From the NCBI GenBank assembly GCA_965205655.1, contig CBDBIJ010000118.1, positions 1-20,361 on the forward strand: a DNA stretch of 20,361 nt, written 5' to 3'. The notes beneath the pieces were generated by a model. That model was not told the origin of the DNA, did not search any database, and saw only the letters and a list, made by a program, of their open reading frames with translations. The position numbers were made by a program, and so were the translations under genes. Below, piece after piece: positions 1 through 8,070 of this stretch; positions within the stretch are counted from its first letter, which is position 1, and every line of letters begins with the position of its first letter. Source of the stretch: Candidatus Latescibacterota bacterium. Lineage in GTDB: Bacteria; Latescibacterota; UBA2968; UBA8231.

Positions 1-1
1 G

Positions 2-754
2 GGCGCCAGGTACGGCGGCGGCATGGACGGGCAATTCGGCAAAGGGAATGTGGAAGGAATGCTGACATGGGAGCAGCCGTGGTGCCAGCCATTCCGCGAC
101 ATGGTGGCCCATCCGAAACTCATCCCATATCTCAATACGCTCTTCGGTCGCGGCTGGAGGATGGATCACCTGCCGTTTATCAGCTTTGCCAAGAAAGGCG
201 TGGGCGGTCACGGCCTGCACGGTGCCACGAGCCGAGTTTTCGACGGCGGATGTTTCTACCACTACGCCAACGGCGAAATACGCACAGGGCTGGCCGTTTT
301 CCAATTCCAACTGGCAGACATCAATCCCGGAGACGGGGGGCTGGCTGTAATTCCGGGCAGTCACAAGGCGAACTTCAAATGCCCGGAAGATATAATGCTC
401 TACAGCGCCGACCGGGAAGTGGTGCGAAACGTGGCTGGCAAGGTCGGGGATATGGCGATTTTTCTCGAGGCCACCATCCATGGGGCCCTGCCCTGGACAG
501 CCGAGCACAATCGGCGTTCCCTGTTCTATCGCTACAGCCCCAAGTACCTCAATTTTCACCAGGACTATATCGAGACCATCCAGCCAGAGTGGGTGAGCGA
601 ACTGACAGATGCGCAACGCGCGGTCATGGAACCGGCCTATATGTACAGCCGGCCCCTCCTAGAGGACGACGGAGCGACCCTGGTGCATCCCGGGCAAGAG
701 CCCAGGCCTCACCGTCCGCGGAACAAGCACGAGTTGGCCAATCCACGAAGCTGA
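2..754 (+). CDS. PhyH-family (phytanoyl-CoA dioxygenase-like) Fe(II)/2-oxoglutarate enzyme, probably 5'-truncated by the window; H-x-A variant
   Basis: Frame is open from base 2 (GARYGGGMDG...). PhyH-type motifs: HPKL..YL..LFG, LADINPGDGGLAVIPGSHK, GDMAIFLEATIHGALPW, RRSLFYRYSP. The first metal motif reads LHGA (218-226). Confidence 0.85.
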   Translation, partial: GARYGGGMDGQFGKGNVEGMLTWEQPWCQPFRDMVAHPKLIPYLNTLFGRGWRMDHLPFISFAKKGVGGHGLHGATSRVFDGGCFYHYANGEIRTGLAVFQFQLADINPGDGGLAVIPGSHKANFKCPEDIMLYSADREVVRNVAGKVGDMAIFLEATIHGALPWTAEHNRRSLFYRYSPKYLNFHQDYIETIQPEWVSELTDAQRAVMEPAYMYSRPLLEDDGATLVHPGQEPRPHRPRNKHELANPRS

Positions 755-766
755 AAGAGCAGGAAG

Positions 767-1696
767 CTAGAGCTCCAACATCTCGGGAAAGTGTTCGGCC
801 AACCAGCCTCGGAGCTGCTCGATATCCTCGTGAGTGGCGCTCAAGTAGGGACCCCGCGATCGGGGATGCATGGTCAGGAATCCTGCCACCAAACCCTGCA
901 GATGGTCGTAGGCGGTGTCGGTGTAGCCCTTTTCCGTGAACGGCCGCAGGCCCTCCTTGTGCATGTACTCGATTTTGTCGGTCCACGGTTTCAACTCGTC
1001 CCACTTCTGCTCCTGCAATAGATCGAACATGTGCAGGATGATGCGGGGGTTGGTGTAGACGAGGGCGCTGGCGCAGCCGATGGCGCCGCAGGGACCCAGG
1101 GTGGACCAGAGTCCCTCACCAGCCCAGACGTTGACGAACTCGCTCAACTGCCGGCATCCCTCAGGTGTGCAGCCGACCGTGTTGCTGTTCGACTTGACCG
1201 CGAGATAGCTGCCGGTGGCTTCGAATATTGCCCGGTGCTGTTCGACGGTCAGCGCCTTCTTTACGCGCGTCGTTTCGTAGATGGTCAGGGCCAACCCCGG
1301 ACAGGGTTCGACGGCGTCTGCGAAGAATTCCACCACCCGCGCGTCGTCCAGTTCCATCCAATAGGGCATGGCCACCTGCACCGCGTCGGCGCCGACCTCG
1401 GCCGCATAGGCGGCCCGCCGCTGAGCCCCGAGCGTATAGGTGGACGTTGTGCCAATCATCACCGGGATGTCCGCCTTCTTACACTCCTCCACGGTGACCC
1501 GGGTAATCTGTTTCCACTCATCGAACTCCATGGCGTAGAATTCACCAGTGGTGCCGGCGGTGTAGACCCCGGGAACACCGGCCTCGCAGGTTCGTACTAT
1601 GTTGGCGCGGTAGGCCTGTTCGTCAAAATTCAGGCTCTCATCCAAGGCGACGGGCAGCCCGGCCCAGCATCCTACCATTTTTTCGCGAGTGAGCAT
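767..1696 (-). CDS. Dihydrodipicolinate synthase / N-acetylneuraminate lyase family class I aldolase
   Basis: 309 aa with AGTTGEF pyruvate-binding motif, GADAVQVAMPY, TIY and AVKS (putative Schiff-base Lys). Confidence 0.88.
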   Translation of the reverse strand: MLTREKMVGCWAGLPVALDESLNFDEQAYRANIVRTCEAGVPGVYTAGTTGEFYAMEFDEWKQITRVTVEECKKADIPVMIGTTSTYTLGAQRRAAYAAEVGADAVQVAMPYWMELDDARVVEFFADAVEPCPGLALTIYETTRVKKALTVEQHRAIFEATGSYLAVKSNSNTVGCTPEGCRQLSEFVNVWAGEGLWSTLGPCGAIGCASALVYTNPRIILHMFDLLQEQKWDELKPWTDKIEYMHKEGLRPFTEKGYTDTAYDHLQGLVAGFLTMHPRSRGPYLSATHEDIEQLRGWLAEHFPEMLEL

Positions 1697-1732
1697 GCAG
1701 CCACATCCTTGAGAGGTGAGTTGCGATCGACG

Positions 1733-2767
1733 CTACGTAAGCGCTGTTCGATTCAACCTGTGATCCAACCAGTACCTCATGAATCTGATATCCTCGTCGA
1801 CGGTGTTGCCGATGACCCAGTCTCTACCCCAGTCCTCTACTCGTGCCTGCATACCCAACCGCCAGATAAGGCGTACCGGCACGAAGGTTTGGATGGCCTC
1901 CAGTTCCCGCTTGCTCGGAGCGCGCACGCTGGAATATCCGCGTAAGAAAGAATCCCACCGCCGCGTTGACTTTGCTCTACCGGAGCTGCTCGTACCGTCG
2001 AGCTGAGCATTCTTGGCGAGAAAAACGGCCAGGTCATAGGCGCGCCATCCGTACCCATAGCAATCGAAATCGTAGACGGTCATGCGGTCGCGTTCGTCCA
2101 TGTGCACATTGCCACCGTAGTGGTCTCCGTGGCAGCAACCGTATTCCGGCTTGGTTGTGTGCAGCAATCCCTCCAGCTCCGATTTCAGTGCCCTACCGAC
2201 ACTTGCCAGGTAATCGAAATCCTTTCTTCTATGTTCGAGGTGAGGTTCGAGGTAGCGCAGAGGCTCGTCCACCAGGTAAGCGAGATCCAGATGGAAGCGC
2301 CTCGGATCATCCGCGCGCTTGTCGAGACAGGTGTGGAATCGTCCCAGCAATTCGCCATAGGAGCTGCAGTTGTTCGCGTTTAGATCGATGGGCGTACCCG
2401 GCGCATATGTGAAGAGAGCAGCGTAACGCACGCCTTCCGGCGCAGCAATGCGCGTCAACAACGATCCATCTTTTCGTTTGAGCGGCCATGAGACCGGCAT
2501 TCGCCGCCTGTGGAGATAGACGAGCATATCCAGCTCTGCCTGAATCTCCGCTTTCGTACGCCACCCGTGTCGGTAGACCCTCAGGATGAAGATTGACGGT
2601 CCGGCCGCAACAACATAAGTGTCATTGAGTCCCGGGTTCAGGAAATAGCAGCTCACTGGATCCGCCAGGTGGAACTTACTGAGTACCCGTTGCGCCAGTG
2701 CCTGTCCTGAAAGAATCGAATTGCTCAGGGGGAACCCGCGCAAACGATTCGATGCTCGCCGCGCCAT
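1733..2767 (-). CDS. APH-family phosphotransferase (type II homoserine kinase / hydroxylysine kinase-like)
   Basis: GLNDTY..ILRVYR, AELDML, Brenner motif HGDHYGGNV, YDFD, RAYDLAVF. ATG at 2767 lies 4 bp after the stop of the upstream gene, preferred over the overlapping 2854 start; 344 aa. Confidence 0.85.
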   Translation of the reverse strand: MARRASNRLRGFPLSNSILSGQALAQRVLSKFHLADPVSCYFLNPGLNDTYVVAAGPSIFILRVYRHGWRTKAEIQAELDMLVYLHRRRMPVSWPLKRKDGSLLTRIAAPEGVRYAALFTYAPGTPIDLNANNCSSYGELLGRFHTCLDKRADDPRRFHLDLAYLVDEPLRYLEPHLEHRRKDFDYLASVGRALKSELEGLLHTTKPEYGCCHGDHYGGNVHMDERDRMTVYDFDCYGYGWRAYDLAVFLAKNAQLDGTSSSGRAKSTRRWDSFLRGYSSVRAPSKRELEAIQTFVPVRLIWRLGMQARVEDWGRDWVIGNTVDEDIRFMRYWLDHRLNRTALT

Positions 2768-2771
2768 AAGC

Positions 2772-4299
2772 CTAGGGCTGTACCCAGACCTCGACCTCAT
2801 CGATGACGAGGTCCCCCGAGGCGTTTGGGTCACCATCCGCGAGCGTGATATCAAGCTGGTTGTCGCCGTATGACGGAGCGGCCGCCGGGAGCGGGAACCA
2901 GCGTGTGTCAGGGTTCACCTCGCGAGTGCGCGTGACCGCTTTACCCTGGAGACCCGGTTCGAGGGTCACCCCGTTGAGCTGAACCACAAGCTCATCCTGC
3001 CCCGCCAGGTCGGCACCGCGAACGAGTATTGTCGCGCCCCGCACCCTGTCCATGCGCTCGTACATGCGGAAGCGGAACACGCCCGTCGGTCGGGCAGTCC
3101 CCCGGTCCAGCACCACCCGCTGCGCCTTGACCACGCCGGATGTGCTGACATCCATGCCCTGCCAGATGACCCCACCCCACGTCGGGTCGAAGATGTAGTG
3201 CCGTTCACCCGCGGCGACGCGTGCCGGGTCGCGCAGCTCCTGAAAAACCTGGAGTGACTGGGGGTAGAAGGGTGGAATCCACAGGTGGGCGACAAAGTGG
3301 TTGAAGGTCGAGACGCCGTCTGCGCCCGATGAATAGAAGGTATGTGCCAGAGCCCGGTACATGGAGGGTGTCATGGCACTCTTGAGACGCATGCGGTGAC
3401 TTGACCAGGGGTGCAGACCGGGGTACAGCATGCAATCGCTGTCGCGGGTCAACGCGGCAAACTCGGCGTAGTGGGCGTTGAAGTCGGAGTACATCGTGTC
3501 CTGGGGGCTGCAATAGTCGATCAATCCGTCAGCGATCCACGTGGATACATCGAGCCCCAGATCGAGGCATTCCTCGGGGGATGAGAACACCCGAGCGCCC
3601 AAGAGCAGCCGCCTTCCCCGCGACCGACTGCGGCCGTCCAGAATGTGGCGAAGCTGCCGCACCATGTCTGTCATCAGGTGGGCCCTCTCCCTCGACTGCG
3701 CGAGAGGGAAGTAGTGTTCGCGGAAGCACATCTCGAGCCCGTCCACATCAAAGAGCTCAACCAACTCCTCCATGTGATCGAGGATGAACGCGCGCACCGG
3801 CTCGAAGGTGTAATCGAGCGGTTTACCGCCCTTGTTGATTTCCGCTTCGGGTGGACGCTCGATGCCACGCTGCTCCCACGGTTTGGGCAGTTGCCACTCC
3901 GGATGCTCCTCGATGAAGTCCGCGAATACGGAAAGATCGTGTGCGTCGTTCATGCGGAACCCGGCCAGAAAGGCCATGCCGCGCTCGTGGCTGCGGTCGA
4001 GCAGAGCCTGCAGAGGCTGGGTGCCCGCCTCCAGCATAGGCAGGAACCGCCGATGTTGCTCCCGCTGGTCGTACTGGAACCGGTCGGACCGCCAATAAAC
4101 CGTCCACCCCTGGCTGTAGACGTCCTGGACGAGGGTGTCTACGCCACTATCGGCGACCATGTCCTACCAACTGGCGCAGGTCGTCGGCTCCCACCGGATC
4201 GGGCAACACGTTGGTGGCGATGGTGGACGGATCGTTCACGTAGATGCAGCGGCGCTGGCCACGCGGACTGGCTGCTTCGGATGATGACGGCGTACTCAA
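2772..4299 (-). CDS. GHL10-like (family 10 glycosylhydrolase-like) TIM-barrel protein with C-terminal beta-sandwich; one-base frameshift at ~4163
   Basis: FRMNDAHD, EEHPEW, LDYTFEPVR, DVDGLEM, GADGVSTFN. The N-terminus (RRCIYVND..., matching RRIIYNND of the 14904 paralog) is in the 4147..4335 frame. Removing one C at 4163-4164 joins them as QLVDMVADSG (~508 aa). TTG start at 4299 follows AGGAGG (4305-4310, minus strand). Confidence 0.75.
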
Positions 4300-4381
4300 G
4301 CTGCCCTCCTGGCGCGGTCGGGGATGCGGGAGCACCTGGCGTCACCCTTTCGCGGGGATGACGATGGCACATCGAGCCGGA

Positions 4382-4475
4382 AATATAGGTTCGGGAGGGT
4401 TACATTGCTCGCACGCGTTCGCGATCGTCACCAAACGCCTGCATCGTGGTGGGTATTCCTTGTGTGACTTATACT
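4382..4475. promoter_or_regulatory. Divergent promoter region with candidate -10 hexamers TATATT (minus, 4382-4387) and TATACT (plus, 4470-4475)
   Basis: AT-rich hexamers in a GC-rich divergent intergenic region. No convincing -35 boxes were found. Confidence 0.4.
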
Positions 4476-4495
4476 GTTCGATCTAAGGAGCGCCC

Positions 4496-5698
4496 GTGCT
4501 GGAACGCCGCGAAGTCACCACAAAGACGTCGAATGTCGTCGTCGTCGGATCCTTTCATGATCCGGCCACCCCCACATTCAAAGCCAACCTGCATTGCCAC
4601 AGCACGCACAGCGATGGCAAGATGTCTCCGCAAGAGGTCGCCGATCTCTACGCCGGCGAGGGCTACCGGATCCTCTGCATTGCCGACCACAACGCCTATG
4701 GAGACCAGGACGGTGACGGCGTCCACGACTGGAACCTCGACGGCGTCGTCATGTCGCTCGCCCGTGCCAGAGGTGAAGGCTCCAAGCCGCATTTTCCGAT
4801 CGCCGAGGACGCCGGGCGGGAGGCCTACGTGCGCGATTACGCCCGGACCGCAGCCGAACAGGGACGAGGGTGGGTCGGGGAGAATTGGAAGATCAGCCGC
4901 GAAGGAGAGCTGCTCGTGCTGTCCGGTTTCGAGGACCACTTCACCGGTCCGCACATTGTCGTAAACGGATATCCCGCCAACGTTCAAGGAGGCGATATCG
5001 CTCGTTTCAGAGGCTCGAACGACTACCTGAAGGTGACGCAGCAGGCCGGCGGCGTCGTCTACCTGCCGCACCCGCACGAGTGGGAAGACGACCCGGCCTT
5101 CTTCCTCGATCACCCCGAACGACGCAGGTTCGACGGCATCGAAGTGGTCAATGGCTATCTCATGCGACATGGGAAGCAGCAGGACCCCGCCGGCAAACGG
5201 GGATTCGCACGCCGCCTCTGGGACGGCATCCTCAGCGCTCGGGTCAGCTGTTGGGGCTACGCCAACGACGACATGCACACAGACGGTGTCGACGGGGGCG
5301 CCGGACCGTTCAGGGCATGGACCGATGTTTGGGCCGAATCGCTCAATGTGACGGACGTGCTCGGCGCGTTGAGGACCGGGAGCTTCTGCGCCAGCACGGG
5401 AGTCTCGGTATCGTCGCTGACGCTCGAGGGCGGCAGCATATGCGTCGCGACCTCGAACGCATCGCGCATTCGCTTCGTCGGACGCGAGGGGAGGACACTG
5501 CTCGAAGTCGAATCCTCGTCAGCCGAGTACCGCATCGTCGGTGATGAGGGCTACGTCCGAATCGAGTGCGAGAGCGACGAGCTTCGCTGGCCGGACGAGC
5601 AGCCCGAGCTCGGCCAGTGGGCCTTCTGCCAGCCGCTGTGGATACTCGACGAGACCGACGAAATGCCCGAGGAAACATGGAACGTAAAAGGGTGTTGA
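4496..5698 (+). CDS. PHP-domain / CehA-McbA-like metallohydrolase
   Basis: FKANLHCHSTHSDG, ADHN, GFE..H, PHP, IEVVNG, ANDDMH, ALRTGSF, GYVRIE. GTG start preceded by TAAGGAG. Confidence 0.85.
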   Translation: MLERREVTTKTSNVVVVGSFHDPATPTFKANLHCHSTHSDGKMSPQEVADLYAGEGYRILCIADHNAYGDQDGDGVHDWNLDGVVMSLARARGEGSKPHFPIAEDAGREAYVRDYARTAAEQGRGWVGENWKISREGELLVLSGFEDHFTGPHIVVNGYPANVQGGDIARFRGSNDYLKVTQQAGGVVYLPHPHEWEDDPAFFLDHPERRRFDGIEVVNGYLMRHGKQQDPAGKRGFARRLWDGILSARVSCWGYANDDMHTDGVDGGAGPFRAWTDVWAESLNVTDVLGALRTGSFCASTGVSVSSLTLEGGSICVATSNASRIRFVGREGRTLLEVESSSAEYRIVGDEGYVRIECESDELRWPDEQPELGQWAFCQPLWILDETDEMPEETWNVKGC

Positions 5699-6387
5699 TC
5701 ACCGGCGCCGCCGGGTCCATCGGCGGCTTTATCCGGCAAGCCTTCGGAGATCGGTACACCATGCGGCTGACCGACATTGTGGAGATCGACGACCCGCAGG
5801 GACATGAGGTCTTGAAGGCGGACATCACCGATCTGGACCAGATGCGACGCGCCTGCGAGGGGATGGATACGGTCGTCCACCTCGCCGCAGACCCCGACCC
5901 GAGTGCGGAATTCTACGACAGCTTGCTGCCGCGAAATATCATCGGCACCTATAACGTTTTTCAGGCGGCCAAGGATGAGGGTTCTCGGCGCGTCGTATTT
6001 GCCAGCAGCATCAACGCCATGCTGGGCTATCCGAGAACCCCCTCTACCGGTTGGGACATGCCGGTGAATCCTCCGAATCTCTACGGCGTCACCAAATGCT
6101 TCGGCGAGGCATTGGGACGCTGCTTCGCCCATCAGGGGCTGTCATCGATCGCTATTCGCATCGGCGCCATCAGGCGTGACGGTGATCCGTCTCTGACTCC
6201 GGGGACAGAGCGCGGTGTGGGGGAAGGTTGGATCAGTCAGCGCGATCTGGTACTCCTCTTCCAACGGACCATCGATGTCGAAGGAATCGACTTTGCCATC
6301 GTGCACGGGCAGAGCGGCCAGAAAAACCCGCAACTCGACATCACCCACACCCGCGAGATTCTCGGCTATGAACCGCAAGATATGTAG
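5677..6387 (+). CDS. NAD(P)-dependent epimerase/dehydratase (extended SDR), uronate dehydrogenase-like
   Basis: LITGAAGSIG, VVHLAA, NIIGTYNVF, VVFASS, YGVTK (YxxxK), IRIG, ILGYEPQD. ATG at 5677 overlaps the PHP gene end by 22 bp; 236 aa. Confidence 0.88.
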   Translation: MERKRVLITGAAGSIGGFIRQAFGDRYTMRLTDIVEIDDPQGHEVLKADITDLDQMRRACEGMDTVVHLAADPDPSAEFYDSLLPRNIIGTYNVFQAAKDEGSRRVVFASSINAMLGYPRTPSTGWDMPVNPPNLYGVTKCFGEALGRCFAHQGLSSIAIRIGAIRRDGDPSLTPGTERGVGEGWISQRDLVLLFQRTIDVEGIDFAIVHGQSGQKNPQLDITHTREILGYEPQDM

Positions 6388-6485
6388 CTGGCGGGGCGTC
6401 GCCGTAAGACTTTCACCATCGGGAACAAGCCCCGGTCGGCGGCAATTCGGTCTACAGCTTTAGCTGGACTCCGGCGGCACAGCCT

Positions 6486-7181
6486 TCAGACCGTGAAGTA
6501 CACGCGAATCATGCGAAACGAGAAGTGCGACAGCGTGCCGCTGCCGGCGCGCAGAATCACGGTCGTGGTGGGTTCGACGTCAAAGCGAACCGAACACTCA
6601 TAACACCTCGGCTCACAGTCGTAGGTATAGTGAAGTTCGTCCTCCCCGAACGTGCCCACGGAGCGGCTCTGGTGCGTGCTGTGCAATCCGCGCACGTATT
6701 GGCGTCGCAGGTTCTGCAGGTTCCACCCCTTCTCGCCGTGCCGGCTGGGCTCTTTGCCCGTGAGTCCCGGCTGAGGGTACTCGCAAATGATGTAGCTGTT
6801 GGTGCTGCATCCCGACCCGAGCACGGACACGGCGACAATCGGTTGCTCCTCGGTCACTTTGATGTAGCCGGCGCTATGCTCGATTTCGAGTCCATGCTTG
6901 TGTGGCAGGCCTCCCTTGCGGCTTTCGGCCCACTCCTGTGGATCCATCCCATCAGGACCGAACCCTTTGCCAATGTGAGAGAGCACATCCTGGCTCCAGT
7001 TGGCGTCGATCTCGAAGTTTGGATAATCGTCAAAAGGAGACCAGTAGTCCTTGATGGCGAGTCCCGCGGGTTTGGCCGCTTCTTCCCGCTTCTGCCCGGG
7101 AATCTGAAACTCGCTTTCCCTGTTTGCCTCTTCCCATTCCTTGCCGTTGGACTTCACTTCTGTCGCAGTTGCTGTTGCCAT
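6486..7181 (-). CDS. Hypothetical protein (231 aa)
   Basis: Fills the gap between neighbouring genes, has a GGGAGG RBS upstream of the ATG and a natural-looking composition. No family recognised. Confidence 0.7.
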   Translation of the reverse strand: MATATATEVKSNGKEWEEANRESEFQIPGQKREEAAKPAGLAIKDYWSPFDDYPNFEIDANWSQDVLSHIGKGFGPDGMDPQEWAESRKGGLPHKHGLEIEHSAGYIKVTEEQPIVAVSVLGSGCSTNSYIICEYPQPGLTGKEPSRHGEKGWNLQNLRRQYVRGLHSTHQSRSVGTFGEDELHYTYDCEPRCYECSVRFDVEPTTTVILRAGSGTLSHFSFRMIRVYFTV

Positions 7182-7249
7182 GATACGCCTCCCGTTGAGG
7201 TTTGTGAGCGAGCATGATAGAGCCGTCCGAAGGGCTGGAGCAGCCGAAG

Positions 7250-7279
7250 AAGATGCCTACTCTCGAGGCGGCGGGTCAA
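7250..7279 (-). promoter_or_regulatory. Candidate sigma70 promoter for the 231-aa gene (TTGACC-18 nt-CATCTT)
   Basis: -35 at 7274-7279 and -10 at 7250-7255 on the minus strand. The -10 match is weak. Confidence 0.35.
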
Positions 7280-7314
7280 CTGGGCGCAGTCTACCGGCTG
7301 GGAAGGGTTCCACC

Positions 7315-7320
7315 TATATT
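7315..7320 (+). promoter_or_regulatory. -10 element TATATT 6 nt before the AKR start codon (leaderless-type arrangement)
   Basis: TATATT-CACGCG-GTG with no Shine-Dalgarno in between. Confidence 0.45.
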
Positions 7321-8070
7321 CACGCGGTGAGATATCGAAAATTTGGCACCACCGATCTGGAGGTTTCTGAAATCTGCTTCGGGCCGATGCGGTTCGCGGC
7401 CCAGGAACCGGCGCAGGACAACACTTCGGTGGCAGGACAGCGAGCGCTATCGAGGACCATCGAGCGGGGCGTGAATTTCATTCACTCGAGTCTGGGATAT
7501 GGTACCACCTGGGCTATCAGTGAAGTGCTGCGCAATCATCCAAAGCGGCACGAGATTCACCACATTATCAAAGTGGGTGTGCCGGATTTCGATGACGGAG
7601 GAAAGTTCGATTCGGCGAAATTTCGCCTGCTAATCGAAGAAACGATCGCAGCGCTTGGCGCAGAGCGGATCGCAGTCGTTCAACATCTACATCGCGCGCG
7701 GCCCAACTCGGATGAGCTGAGGATTGCCAACATCCCTGCTACATACGAACCGCTCCTGGAGATTTTCGAGCAGATGCGACAGGAGGGGAAGGTCGAGTAT
7801 CTCACCTCGTTCCCGTATTCTCCCGGCTACGCGGCAGCAGCTTTGAAAACGGGCAGCTTCGCCGGCATGGTGGCCTACTACAACGTCATCGAGCTGGAGA
7901 TGGCTGAGTATTTCGCGGAAATGCAGGAGCAGGGAAGAGGGTTCTTCTGTATTCGCCCCTTCATGGGGGGGCTGCTCACTGACAGACGGGCGATCCGGAG
8001 TCAGCTGCCGGAAGGGAGACCGAATGACGGCAGACAGCTGGGACGCCTCCTACGAGCGTCTAGTGCTCTG

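Noticed and set aside
767..1696. Naming the aldolase dapA or nanA, the kinase thrB, or the Asp-box genes nanH
   Set aside because: Only family-level motifs are visible, with no lysine, threonine or nanEK context and no RIP motif.
6388..6485. Intrinsic terminators in convergent gaps (also 13898-13960 and 10804-10865)
   Set aside because: Only short imperfect hairpins without U-tracts.
7141..7326. N-terminal extension of the AKR ORF
   Set aside because: Overlaps the divergent gene and its promoter; the AKR-typical start is at 7327.
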